In this document: piece by piece, positions 8,565-17,898 of the stretch
How positions within the stretch are numbered: the first letter of the stretch is position 1
Layout of the letters: every line of letters begins with the position of its first letter
NCBI GenBank assembly: GCA_024275415.1
Contig: JAJRZD010000051.1
Coordinates: forward strand, 1-32,000
Direction of reading: 5' to 3'
Source of the DNA: an archaeon
GTDB lineage: Archaea > Asgardarchaeota > Thorarchaeia > Thorarchaeales > Thorarchaeaceae
Length of the DNA stretch: 32,000 nt
Made by a program: the position numbers and the translations under genes
Notes under the pieces: generated by a model
What the model was told of the DNA's origin: nothing
Databases searched by the model: none
The model's input: the letters and a program-made list of their open reading frames with translations, nothing else

Positions 8565-10079
8565 TCAGGTCGTAAGGGAAGAGAAGGTTATTTCTCGTTT
8601 TACCAGCTGATGGAGAACTGGGACTACCTCTGACCGCTTGATGCGAACCTGTTGCATGGAATCGCGCTCTCGAAGAGTCACAGTATCATCCTCCAAAGTG
8701 TCGTAGTCTACCGTGATGCAGAATGGAGTTCCTATCTCGTCCTGCCGTCGGTATCGCCTGCCTATCGAACCTCCCTGGTCAAGTTGCGTGACAAGACCAC
8801 TGTCAAGGATGTCATGGTATATCTCAGCGGCGGGTCCAACAAGCTCCTCCTTCCCCATCAATGGGAACACGGCGGCCTGTATCGGTGCAAGATGCGGTGG
8901 GAATCTCAACCACACCTCACCCTTCTCATTCACATCATAGCAATTATCGATTAGACAGAAAAGAGGACGCTCCACCCCGAATGCAATTTCCAAAACGTTT
9001 GGCACAACAGGTTTCTTGTCCACCTTCACACTCAGCTTCTGCTTGGAAAACTCTTGATGTCTACTGAGGTCATAGTTCCCTCTGTCGTGAATACCACAGC
9101 ATTCCACCCATCCAAAGCTCTTAGTGTGCAACTCCACATCCCAAGCATCCGCAGCATAGTGAGCGCGTTCGGTCGGGAGATGCTGTCTGAGGCGCATATT
9201 ACTGTCGTCGAAGCCCATACCACTGAAGATCTTGTGGGCAAGCCACACGCACCAGGCATACGCAGGTTTCTGGAAGTAGCCTTTCTTCACAGCCTGCTCA
9301 AGAGCGACCTTCTGCACATCTTCACTTCCAGATTCTTGTGACTGATATGTCAGGAGGGGGAGGGTTTCGGTCTTCACTTCCTCATATGGTGCCCAATTCA
9401 TCTCATCCGCATCAAGGATGAATATCTGTCCTTCTACCTGTGTAAACTCACGTAGCCGTAGCATTCCCTGACGAGGCGAAATCTCGTTCCGGTAAGCGTT
9501 ACCTATTTGGAAGACCATCGCCGGCAATTTGTCTCTGAAGAATGTCAGAAGCCTGCGGAATAGCAGATATGTCGAAGTAGCGGTTTCAGGTCTCATGTAA
9601 GCAGTCTGGTCAAGTCCCAAAGTGGTCTTCAACATCAGGTTATACTGCTCAACGGAACCCAGTTCGCTCTTACACTTTGGACATTGGATGCCCAACTCCT
9701 GTATCCTCGAGGTCATCTCTTCTAGCGAGAGACCTTTCAGAGATTCTCCGTCTGCAAGCTCTTCTACTAGATTGTCTGCCCTATACACCTGTTCACATTT
9801 CGTGCACTTCGTGAGAGGGTCGATGAATCCGTCAAGGTGTCCTGATGCTTTCCATACAATCTCAGGCGATACGGTTGGACATTCTACCTCCCAGAAGTTG
9901 GCCTTGACAAAAGAGGTTCGAATGACGTTCTCGAGCCTATTCTTGAGGAGTTTTCCGAGGGGGCCGAGATCATAGAACCCGGCACTGCCACCATATATCT
10001 CAGGAGAGGGGCCCCAATAGAACCCTCTCTTCTTCGCCAGACCGCTGACAATCTCTGAGAAGTCTTTCTCTGAAGACAT
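8565..10079 (-). CDS. glyS: Glycine--tRNA ligase, alpha2 (archaeal/eukaryotic) type
   Basis: EIYGGSAGFYDLGPLG, MRPETA, RNEISPRQGMLRLREFTQ, anticodon domain GSIGRRYRRQDEIGTPFCITVD. Confidence 0.97.
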   Translation of the reverse strand: MSSEKDFSEIVSGLAKKRGFYWGPSPEIYGGSAGFYDLGPLGKLLKNRLENVIRTSFVKANFWEVECPTVSPEIVWKASGHLDGFIDPLTKCTKCEQVYRADNLVEELADGESLKGLSLEEMTSRIQELGIQCPKCKSELGSVEQYNLMLKTTLGLDQTAYMRPETATSTYLLFRRLLTFFRDKLPAMVFQIGNAYRNEISPRQGMLRLREFTQVEGQIFILDADEMNWAPYEEVKTETLPLLTYQSQESGSEDVQKVALEQAVKKGYFQKPAYAWCVWLAHKIFSGMGFDDSNMRLRQHLPTERAHYAADAWDVELHTKSFGWVECCGIHDRGNYDLSRHQEFSKQKLSVKVDKKPVVPNVLEIAFGVERPLFCLIDNCYDVNEKGEVWLRFPPHLAPIQAAVFPLMGKEELVGPAAEIYHDILDSGLVTQLDQGGSIGRRYRRQDEIGTPFCITVDYDTLEDDTVTLRERDSMQQVRIKRSEVVPVLHQLVKREITFSSLTT

Positions 10080-10167
10080 CGTTCAACCTCGAAGTATGGA
10101 ACAGTACTCTTGACTTAAACCTTCTCTCAAGAAACTTGGCCAGTACGAGGAGTGTCAGTACTAACAA

Positions 10168-11523
10168 GTGAGGTCACAGTCATGGAAGAATGGTTTAATC
10201 CCTCCAGCATTCTTATTAGGGATGTCAAAAGGTATCTCGGTGGTGGAAGCATTGGTAGAGGATTCTAGAATATCGGGTTTCTACAAATTGCCCCGTGAGG
10301 ATCGAATCAAGAAGGTCATTGAACTTACTGGTATCTCTGAGGAAGAGATCAAACCATTGACAGACCCGGGCTCTGTTGATCTGGAGATTCTCGACCACAT
10401 GATAGAAAATGTGATAGGAGCCATGACACTTCCATTGGGGATTGCCACTAACTTTCGGATCAACGAACAGGACTATCTTATCCCAATGGCGCTTGAGGAG
10501 CCATCGGTCGTGGCAGCAGCCAGCAATGCAGCACGGATGACAAGACCTTATGGAGGGTTCACAGCTACAGATACAGGTCCCATTATGATAGCCCAGATAC
10601 AGGTTGTTAATGTGCCTACACCTCACTCCGCGAAACTGAGAATCATTGAAGAGAAACCGATGCTACTCGATCTTGCGAACGAGCAGGATCCAATATTGGT
10701 CAAATTCGGAGGCGGAGCCAGAGACATAAGAGTCAGAATCATCGACACGTCTTTGGGATCCATGGTAATTTGTGAGCTGCTTGTCGATACACGAGATGCG
10801 ATGGGAGCTAACGCTGTGAATACGATGGCTGAAGCTCTAGCACCAAAGATAGAGGACATCACAGGAGGGAAAGTGCTACTTAGGATTCTCTCGAACCTCG
10901 CCGAGAAGAGGTTGGTTCGTGCTCGTGCTACCTTCGACAAGGAGATGCTGGGTGGCGAGGAGGTGGTCGATGGGATAATTGCTGCATGGGCTTTCGCCGA
11001 GGCAGATCCCTATCGATGTGCGACTCACAACAAGGGAATCATGAACGGTATCGATTCTGTCGTTATCGCTACAGGGAACGATTTCAGAGCAATTGAAGCT
11101 GGTGCACACAGCTTTGCCTCTGTTGACGGATACAGCTCTTTGACCAAGTACGAAAAAGATGCAGAAGGGAATCTGATTGGGTCAATCGAGATCCCTATGG
11201 CTGTCGGACTAGTAGGCGGCGCAACAAAAGTCCATCCTGTCGCGCGAGCTGCTGTGAAGATACTCGGAGTGAAGACAGGGATGGAACTCGGACATGTTAT
11301 CGCTTCGGTCGGGCTCGCACAGAATCTTGCAGCCTTGCGGGCTCTGGCATCTGAAGGAATTCAACGAGGTCACATGTCACTTCACGCAAGGAATGTTGCT
11401 GCCACAGCAGGAGCACGTGGCGACCTTGTCGACAAGATTGCCAAGATCCTTGTCGAAGAGAAGAATGTAAAGGTCGAACGGGCGAAAGAGCTGCTAGAAG
11501 AGCTGAGCAAATCCACAAAATGA
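10168..11523 (+). CDS. mvaA: HMG-CoA reductase, class II (degradative/bacterial type)
   Basis: ENVIG, EEPSVVAAAS, DAMGANAVN, THNKGIMNG, GNDFRAIEAG, EGIQRGHMSLH; true start probably ATG at 10222 or later. Confidence 0.95.
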   Translation: MRSQSWKNGLIPPAFLLGMSKGISVVEALVEDSRISGFYKLPREDRIKKVIELTGISEEEIKPLTDPGSVDLEILDHMIENVIGAMTLPLGIATNFRINEQDYLIPMALEEPSVVAAASNAARMTRPYGGFTATDTGPIMIAQIQVVNVPTPHSAKLRIIEEKPMLLDLANEQDPILVKFGGGARDIRVRIIDTSLGSMVICELLVDTRDAMGANAVNTMAEALAPKIEDITGGKVLLRILSNLAEKRLVRARATFDKEMLGGEEVVDGIIAAWAFAEADPYRCATHNKGIMNGIDSVVIATGNDFRAIEAGAHSFASVDGYSSLTKYEKDAEGNLIGSIEIPMAVGLVGGATKVHPVARAAVKILGVKTGMELGHVIASVGLAQNLAALRALASEGIQRGHMSLHARNVAATAGARGDLVDKIAKILVEEKNVKVERAKELLEELSKSTK

Positions 11524-11649
11524 ATCGCAATTGGTTTCGAAAAAACGCCAGAGATTCGGACACACAACATATTTGTACTCACGAAAGGTAACGTGCGTTT
11601 GAACTATTCTACGAAACAGTAGATACTAATCTCTGGAGAATGCATAACA

Positions 11650-12387
11650 ATGGAGGAAGAGTGCGCTCAATGGGAACGCCTTGCTGGCGAATATGTTGAA
11701 GCCGAGAATTATAATCAGGCAGCCCTCAGATACAAGCAGGCAGCATCATGCTATCTTGACCGAGTCATAGAGATGACGCGAAAAGCAGCCGAATATTATC
11801 ACATGTACGCTGAAGAAAGTGTGGAGAAGGACAACCATAAAGCTGCTGCAAATGCGTATTTCGAGGCTGCAACACAGTACAGGCAAGTCAGCGACTTCGG
11901 CACTGCTTTGACCCTTTATGAGAACGCCGCAAAAGAAGCACTTCTTGAACGAATGACGGAAACTGCAGCTCAGTCATATCTATGGGCAGCATTCTCTTGC
12001 TATAAGATTGGAAATATGGATTACTTCCTCACAGCTGCAAAGAACATGGGAAACCTCTACGAGAAAGCATCCGAGAAAGCCCTAGAAGATGGTAAGGCAG
12101 AGAGGGCAGTGATTGACCTCTCACTTGCAGCGATGGGTTATGCTACAATCGACCAAATGGACAGAGCCGCAGATCTTATCTCAAAGGCTAAGCGGATTGT
12201 GGACAAGACCACTTGGGATTGGCTTGGCAACCTCCTTGCATTCAGCGAGGCATTGGTTACTAACAAACTTGAGGACGCAGATGCCGTTCTGAAGGATTTC
12301 AAGGAAGAGCAGACCATTCAAGAGGTCATGAGAGCTTGTCTGGAAATTCGAGAGGATGTCGATAAGAAGAAGAGGCGAGGTGCCTAA
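11650..12387 (+). CDS. SNAP-like TPR/alpha-solenoid protein
   Basis: Repeated A-A-x-x-Y-x-x-A-A helices (AALRYKQAA, AANAYFEAA, ALTLYENAA, AAQSYLWAA) throughout 245 aa. Confidence 0.65.
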   Translation: MEEECAQWERLAGEYVEAENYNQAALRYKQAASCYLDRVIEMTRKAAEYYHMYAEESVEKDNHKAAANAYFEAATQYRQVSDFGTALTLYENAAKEALLERMTETAAQSYLWAAFSCYKIGNMDYFLTAAKNMGNLYEKASEKALEDGKAERAVIDLSLAAMGYATIDQMDRAADLISKAKRIVDKTTWDWLGNLLAFSEALVTNKLEDADAVLKDFKEEQTIQEVMRACLEIREDVDKKKRRGA

Positions 12388-13640
12388 CCGACCTCAATAA
12401 CAGATTCCTTGACGATCTCCTTTTCAGACTGACCATCTACCAACGAAACCCTTAGCGTCTGGGATCCCATGGAAACTCCACGAACAAATATCTGGAGCCG
12501 CATCTTTTCGTTTGCCCCCAGAAACTGGATTGAGCGTTCACCACCGCCAAGCGACAGCTCGATACCGTCGGTGAGGGCTACGCTCAGCCTGACATTATCA
12601 GCAGGCCCTTCGCCCGTGTTTGATAGTGTCACATCAAAGACTACCTCATCTCCAATCCCACAAGAAATCTTGGCAGGTGTCACATCCATCTCTAGTTGTG
12701 CAGGAGCCTTTGCTATTCTGAACGATATCTGGTTGCTATGTTTATGAACAAGTATGTTCTCGCCCGAGAAGGTAAGTTTGAAAGGACCGACAACACCTTC
12801 ACCACTAAGGACAGGGTTCAATGTGAGAAGGAACGAGCCCTCATTGCTGATACCATCACCGATATTGGGTTCCTTTATGAAAGTGATACTGTTGGATAGA
12901 AACAGTTTGTAGTCAATGATACGCACTGGGACAGGGCACTTGTATATCAACTCGAATTCGATTGGGGTCTTTGCACTTACCTCAGCCAACTCCTTACCAG
13001 CCCACTCTATACGAACAACAGTATCCAACGCCAGCCGAACGCTGCTTGTGAGAAATTCCACAAGTGCAGTCTCAGACTCACGGGGTTTAAACTTGGAAAT
13101 GCATTTGGTGAGATCCTTCTGGGTGGATTCATTACCTTCTACCAAAATACCAACGAACTCCTTCGCAACATCACATGCAGGTATCTTGGGTCGGTTCTTG
13201 ACAGGCATCCGCTTCTCCATTTTCTTCAGCAGATTGACCGCTGTGTCGAAGCTTCTAGCCGCAAGATGCGATAATACTGATAGAGCAAGTGTACGCAGTG
13301 AATCTGAAAGCTTCTTGTTTCGAAAATAGTGGTCAGAAGCCTCCTGATAGAACCCGCCAGCCTCGTCGAACAGACTATCAGATAGGTAGGTTTCAGCGGC
13401 CCAGACCTTCATCTGGGCAGCTCGCTCATGGTTATTATCCTCAAGGGCACAATAGGCTGCCTCTCGAAAGTACTTCACTGCGAAATCCGTTGACCCGGCT
13501 TCGATGAACAGATGCGCAGCCTTTTCATATTCGACGCTTGCATAATCGAAATAGTCTTCCTCTATCTCTCTCAAGGCTTTCTCGACATGCTTCTTCGCCT
13601 TGTCAATCGGGTCCTTTTTTAAGAAGTTGAACATCCGCAA
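12384..13640 (-). CDS. SNAP-like TPR N-terminus plus C-terminal Ig-like (CARDB/DUF11-like) beta-sandwich domains
   Basis: ASVEYEKAA, AVKYFREAA, AGGFYQEAS repeats; C-terminal FDVTLSNTGEGPADNVRLSVAL pattern; likely start ATG at 13634. Confidence 0.65.
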   Translation of the reverse strand: MRMFNFLKKDPIDKAKKHVEKALREIEEDYFDYASVEYEKAAHLFIEAGSTDFAVKYFREAAYCALEDNNHERAAQMKVWAAETYLSDSLFDEAGGFYQEASDHYFRNKKLSDSLRTLALSVLSHLAARSFDTAVNLLKKMEKRMPVKNRPKIPACDVAKEFVGILVEGNESTQKDLTKCISKFKPRESETALVEFLTSSVRLALDTVVRIEWAGKELAEVSAKTPIEFELIYKCPVPVRIIDYKLFLSNSITFIKEPNIGDGISNEGSFLLTLNPVLSGEGVVGPFKLTFSGENILVHKHSNQISFRIAKAPAQLEMDVTPAKISCGIGDEVVFDVTLSNTGEGPADNVRLSVALTDGIELSLGGGERSIQFLGANEKMRLQIFVRGVSMGSQTLRVSLVDGQSEKEIVKESVIEVG

Positions 13641-13717
13641 TGAACCTCAAGCATTGGTTGAACTGGTTTGATGCTGTAGGCATGTGCTATATTGCTTTCG
13701 GCTGGGATGGTGTAGAT

Positions 13718-14911
13718 ATGCTTTCTTCAAAACCCTACTGGGATGTTCCATTGAAAAACACGTTTCAAGTGACTGTACAAGATGTTGAGAAACACGATAG
13801 CGAGTATTGGGTTCGAATCGATAAAGATGTCATAAGACCGGAGGGGGGCGGTCAAGCCGGTTAACGAGGAGCCATCAATGGCGTTCGTATTGTTAACACA
13901 ATCACCCACGAAGGAGCAACAATCCTAGTCACCAAGGAACCACTCCAGATTGGTAAAGAAATGATCCTTGAGATTGACATGGACTGGCGTAGGAACTCGA
14001 TGCGTAACCATACTGCTGAGCACATCCTTGTAAGCCAACTGAAGCGAATCAGACCGGACCTACAACTTGGATATATATGGATTGATGCTGAACAGGGCAC
14101 TGTTGACATGAAGGGCGATTTCGACAGCGCCACTATCTTCACAGCAGAAAAGCAGACTCAAGAAATCATTTTCAGAGACCTACCCGTCCGATCATCGATG
14201 GTTCCTGCATCGTCTCTATCCGAGTCGATCCGGGCAAGGGAAGGGCTTAGCGCGAAGTACAATAGATTGCGGATAATCAGTATCGAGGGTGTTGATGACG
14301 CAGCATGTTCAGGAATCCATGTTCTTTCGACAGGCGAAATCGGATTCTTCAAGGTCACCGACTTCAAAGTCATCGGTGATGCTACAAGAATCCAGTTCCT
14401 GACTCACCTGAGAGCTGCTCATCATGTGCAGGACATCTACAACGAGATACTCTCAAGAAAAGCATCATACCCCTATGAGATGAGCCAGATAGGCCCGGTG
14501 CTAGACAAATCCAAGAGAGTGTTAATCCAACAACAAGAGATGAAAGAGCTGATAACATCATTACTTGCCGACTACGAGAAAGCAGTCAACGTGGCGGGGG
14601 TCAGGTTTGTCAATCACTATCTCCCCGGGTTTGATGCGAAAGATCTTAGAAACACTTTGAAGGGATTACCATCAAAGAGGAATTCCGCTACGCTTCTCTT
14701 TGCCCCTGGAAACAAATCATCCTTTGTTCTGTGGACCCATGGACTGCCCCACGATGCCTTGTTCTATGCAAAAGAGATAACAGAGAAGCTGGGTGGTAGA
14801 GGAGGGGGAAGCAAGGAATCATTCACAGGTGGCTTCGCAAGCGTGTCAAACCCTAGAGAGGTATTCGAAAAGCTTGTGAAAGGTATCTGCGACAAGTTGA
14901 AATCGGGGTAG
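13718..14911 (+). pseudogene. alaX: AlaX-type alanyl-tRNA editing protein with C-terminal DHHA1/C-Ala domain, interrupted by in-frame TAA at 13862-13864
   Basis: MLSSKPYWD...RPEGGGQAG*RGAING... continues in the same frame into ORF 13961-14911 with NHTAEH, CSGIH and GGRGGG motifs. Confidence 0.85.
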
Positions 14912-14923
14912 GGAAACTGACGT

Positions 14924-16570
14924 TCAAACCCACATTATCTCGAACACAATCATTGTATCGTCACCACATATCAGATTGTCCTGAAGGTCAATCCTGTACC
15001 TGATGACGAGCATATCGGGCATGTAGTAATAGAAATAGCCAGTCCACTTGCCAAAGATAATCAGATAGTCTGTACTCTCATTCTGAAGATACTGGACTAG
15101 CTCTGGGCCTGAGAAATTCCCATGCGCAATATCGGGTGTGGTCAGTCCCACGAGATCGATGATCGAGCGGTTCCCGATGAAGCGGATAGCGCCCACATCC
15201 ACAATTGCAAGAACCGCATCTTTTGGAGTGTTCTCTCTGACCCAGTAGCCAATGTCTACCTGCATCTCATTGATGTTCTTGGTCGCCTGTCCATAGACAT
15301 CAGCCTGACGATTGTAGAGGGATATTGAAGGGATGATGATAAGCCCGACAATGAACACGACAAGAGCGGCATTCCACCAGCTCTTATTAATCTTGGGTTT
15401 GAGGCCCTCCATCTCGCGAAGGAATACAACAAAGCCAGCAATCGCGGCAATTGCAATGAGCCCAAAGATAGGAGTGAGATAGCGGCTGTTATTGATAAGT
15501 GCTTGATAAGGCATCTTGAAGCGATACAACAATGTCAGAGAAGACCCCAACAGCCATGGATATGGTTTCTTGATGATGAGCGTCAATCCGCCGGCGATGA
15601 ACCCGATGATAAGGAAAGGCATTGCTGAGAGAAAGAAATTCCAGAAGATGTTCCACGCCTCTACTTGATCATCAGTTATCGTTCCAGCCACTTTTAGGTA
15701 GAAGGTATCCGGAAGTGGAAGACCTGTCACGGAATAACAATAGAGGATCCATGGTAGAACAATCAGCCCAGCAGTCACGATCATCAGGAAAAGAGATGCC
15801 CCCCGTTTAAGAGATAGGTCATTGCCTAACGCATACTGAAGGACACGGATTGGGAAGACCACCATGATCACCAGAACTCCTTCGGGACGGGAAAGAAATG
15901 CCAATCCCGAGATTACTCCGAGCAACACATCAAATCTGAAACCATCATGTTCAAGAACCAATAGCGGTAACAGAAGAAGAAACATGAAGAGGGGGTATTC
16001 CATCCCAGAGAGCATCAGCCATGTGTTGGAGAGTACAAACACAAACGCAAGCATGGAAAGCATACTCCCAGCCATGTTCTCAGTGATCAAGTACACAAAC
16101 TTGCCTACAATCAGCGTGCAGAAAACATAGAATACGAACCCGATAAGCAAGACACCCCAAATTAGACCAGTGGTATCGCTCGTGATGAGAAAAAGAGGCG
16201 ACAAGAGGATTGACCATAAGGGGCTTGTTGAGCCTGTCGAGGGGACACCAGGTGAATACTGCCATGCACGTCCTTCATAGATGGACCGTGCATATTCAAG
16301 ATGTATCCATGAGTCATCAAGAGTAAACCCTACAGAGGTCCAACTCTGCTGGACACTCCAATAGTGAACCGAGGTGAAGAGTGTTACCAAGAAAGCACCA
16401 AAGAAGAGAAGGAGATGTACTCGATAGCGGTTGAGAACGGTTGCTATTCGCCGAACATATCGTTTCTCTACCCCAGTGGGAGGCGTCCCGTCCTCTCCAG
16501 TGAAACTCTCAAGTTCCTGACTCATTTGCTTCACACACCGATGCAAATGAACCGTTTTGAGTGTATCCAT
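14924..16570 (-). CDS. GT-C fold membrane glycosyltransferase (ArnT/AftB-like)
   Basis: LDDSWIHLEYARSIYEG, TGSTSPLW, LSGMEYPL, LSRPEG motifs and many TM segments; likely start ATG at 16525. Confidence 0.8.
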   Translation of the reverse strand: MDTLKTVHLHRCVKQMSQELESFTGEDGTPPTGVEKRYVRRIATVLNRYRVHLLLFFGAFLVTLFTSVHYWSVQQSWTSVGFTLDDSWIHLEYARSIYEGRAWQYSPGVPSTGSTSPLWSILLSPLFLITSDTTGLIWGVLLIGFVFYVFCTLIVGKFVYLITENMAGSMLSMLAFVFVLSNTWLMLSGMEYPLFMFLLLLPLLVLEHDGFRFDVLLGVISGLAFLSRPEGVLVIMVVFPIRVLQYALGNDLSLKRGASLFLMIVTAGLIVLPWILYCYSVTGLPLPDTFYLKVAGTITDDQVEAWNIFWNFFLSAMPFLIIGFIAGGLTLIIKKPYPWLLGSSLTLLYRFKMPYQALINNSRYLTPIFGLIAIAAIAGFVVFLREMEGLKPKINKSWWNAALVVFIVGLIIIPSISLYNRQADVYGQATKNINEMQVDIGYWVRENTPKDAVLAIVDVGAIRFIGNRSIIDLVGLTTPDIAHGNFSGPELVQYLQNESTDYLIIFGKWTGYFYYYMPDMLVIRYRIDLQDNLICGDDTMIVFEIMWV

Positions 16571-16709
16571 CTACGAATCTCAGGATAGTAGAGCAATTAC
16601 TTTCGGATACCTCTCTCCAGACCGTACCAGTCCGATTGGAGATACAATGGACTGTAAGAACCAACTTAGGAAGTGATTGTTATAATAAACGGGAAACAGG
16701 GTGGCATAG

Positions 16710-17858
16710 ATGCTTAAAGGACAGTCCATACGGACAGTAGTTTCATCGGTCGAACAAGACCACTACATCAATCATATGGTATTCTCTCCTCCTGGTATCA
16801 CGATTGAAGCATCAAGATACCCCACTCTAATGGCAGGGTTCTTGGCGTCCACAAAACCCTTTGAGCACCTTTCTATCTATGACCATCCAGCATCGTGGAA
16901 TGGACTTGATAGGGATTCCATCCTCTCGATGAGAAAGATGCTCTATCGATTCATCATTCCTACCAATGCCAAGCTTCTTACTCCGCACGATGTCGTCACA
17001 AATCTGCAACATATCGCTCTCTCCGCTATTCCCGTCGTAATAGGCGTGGAGGCTCCCACCCTACCTCCACGCCACCTCGGTTCGTTCCAAGGTCAGTTGC
17101 CTATGGGGCAAGACATCGTAATAAAATCGTTCGAGTTGCTCTCCGAACCTGATATCAGCAAGGTCGCAGAGAAAATATCGCAGCGGGACATCCCGACCTC
17201 AGAAGCTGTGATCAAGCTCTTCTCGTTCGAATACGAACTTGAACAGGTCGCAAGGATCATTGCTGTCGGACTCCTTGGCAAGCACGCCCATAGAAGATTA
17301 GTACCAATGAAGAATGCTCTCAAGATCGCAATAGACACGTATATTGACCATGCGATAATTCATCTTGCAGAACGACCATTCGCATCAACAGTCCGATTGA
17401 ACCAGACCACGCTATTCGGTGACAGATTCCTCATCATCGAAACACCTGGTGAGCCCAGAGTAGATTATCTCAGAATGGAACTTGGACAGCAGGGGCTCAA
17501 ACGGTCATTCAGTTTCGAAAGCAAACACTACGGATCATCAGATGCGAAGACTGCCAGCTTTGCCTCTTACGCACGGTTCTCGGCATATCAACAAATGATG
17601 AAGGAGGATGAATCTGGTCATATGTTCATATTCCATTTCAACAAGGACAGCAAAAACGACCTGCTCGGTCCATGGATTGCTCAGGCCGGAGTACAACAAG
17701 CGTTCTGCAATGAAACGTTGGAGCTAGAGTCACTAACAAACATCGATACTATCGTGGATGCATTATTGTATCCCAAATTAGAGGTATGGGCCGAGAATAC
17801 TCCCCTGACGAAGAAACTAAATCTGGAAGCTTCACTAGCCTTGGAGAGCCACATATAA
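16710..17858 (+). CDS. Divergent Nre-family (archaeal DNA repair) protein
   Basis: SPPGI...YP...G, DHPASW, ALSAIPV, GLLGKHAHRRLVP, LFGDRFLII, GPW appear in the order of the Nre conserved blocks. Confidence 0.75.
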   Translation: MLKGQSIRTVVSSVEQDHYINHMVFSPPGITIEASRYPTLMAGFLASTKPFEHLSIYDHPASWNGLDRDSILSMRKMLYRFIIPTNAKLLTPHDVVTNLQHIALSAIPVVIGVEAPTLPPRHLGSFQGQLPMGQDIVIKSFELLSEPDISKVAEKISQRDIPTSEAVIKLFSFEYELEQVARIIAVGLLGKHAHRRLVPMKNALKIAIDTYIDHAIIHLAERPFASTVRLNQTTLFGDRFLIIETPGEPRVDYLRMELGQQGLKRSFSFESKHYGSSDAKTASFASYARFSAYQQMMKEDESGHMFIFHFNKDSKNDLLGPWIAQAGVQQAFCNETLELESLTNIDTIVDALLYPKLEVWAENTPLTKKLNLEASLALESHI

Positions 17859-17898
17859 AAAAGCAACTAGGGGGATGTCCCCCCTGTCAATAATAGTA

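Noticed and set aside
13862-13864. Stop-codon recoding (Sec/Pyl) in alaX
   Set aside because: The codon is TAA, the consensus residue is Asp/Glu rather than Cys/Lys, and all other genes here end normally at TAA.
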